DNA from: Pecten maximus
Taxonomy: Eukaryota
DNA: 64,000 nucleotides
Reading direction: 5' to 3'
Assembly (NCBI RefSeq): GCF_902652985.1
Contig: NC_047019.1
Coordinates: forward strand, 19,034,001-19,098,000
Under the pieces are notes generated by a model. That model worked only from the letters and a program-made list of their open reading frames with translations. It searched no databases and was not told the origin of the DNA. Below are positions 63,478-64,000 of this stretch, in pieces (the stretch's first letter is position 1; the number at the start of each line of letters is the position of its first letter). Both the position numbers and the translations under genes were made by a program.

Positions 63478-64000
63478 TTTTTAGCCCACCATCATCAGAT
63501 GGTGGGCTATTCAAATTGCCCTGCGTCCGTGGTCCGTCGTCCGTCCGTCCGTCCGTCCCTCCGTCCGTAAACAATTCTTGTTATCGCTATTTCTGAGAAA
63601 GTGCTGATGGGATCTTTCTCAAATTTCATATGTAGGTTCCCCTTGGTGCCTAATTGTGCATATTGCATTTTGGGACCGCTCGGAAAACAACATGGCGGAC
63701 AGGCAGCCATCTTGGATTTTGACAATTGAAGTTTGTTATCTCTATTTCTGAGAAAGTATCGAAGGGATCTTTCTCAAATTTCATATGTAGGTTCCTATTG
63801 GTGCCTAGATATACATATTGCATTTTGGGACCGATCAGAAAACAACATGGCCGACAGGCAGCCATCTTGGATTTTGACAATTGGAGTTTGTTATCGCTAT
63901 TTCTGAGGAAGTACTGAAGGGATCTTTCTCAAATTTCATATGTAGGTTCCCTTTGGTGCCTAGTTATGCATATTTCATTTTGGGACCAATCAGAAAACAA
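63478..64000 (+). mobile_element. Young Helentron/HINE-like element with 155-bp internal tandem array (runs off the window)
   Basis: TTTTTAGCCCACCATCATCAGATGGTGGGCTA hairpin, (GTCC)n tract, then units starting TTATC(G/T)CTATTTCTGAG at 63581, 63736 and 63891. Confidence 0.75.

Overview
AT-rich, repeat-dense animal genomic DNA. The mytilectin genes, V-type SINE and Helentron-like repeats point to a bivalve mollusc (inference). Five protein-coding genes are supported. Two are inverted, divergently transcribed paralogs (8.6-9.7 kb minus; 48.5-49.8 kb plus) encoding Cys-rich Kelch proteins whose CDS lies in one exon and which keep only the C-terminal half of a BTB domain and no BACK domain. Between them lie two tandem 148-aa mytilectin (MytiLec/CGL-type beta-trefoil lectin) genes, each with a non-coding first exon and a 3-codon terminal exon. 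One has eroded sugar-binding sites and a duplicated, possibly alternative, last exon; the other carries 10 Cys, three of them at symmetric positions. The fifth gene is a spliced OARD1/TARG1 macrodomain gene at 58-60 kb. NF-kB-, CRE- and AP-1-like sites suggest an inducible innate-immunity neighbourhood (inference). The rest is tandem repeats (26, 27/30, 30, 48, 49, 58, 155 bp), a decayed Tc1 element, CR1-type LINE and pogo relics, SINEs, MITEs (one with CAC ends and a possible 5-bp TSD) and Helentron-like elements. Most short ORFs in the supplied track are spurious. All calls are by eye; no alignments or searches were run.
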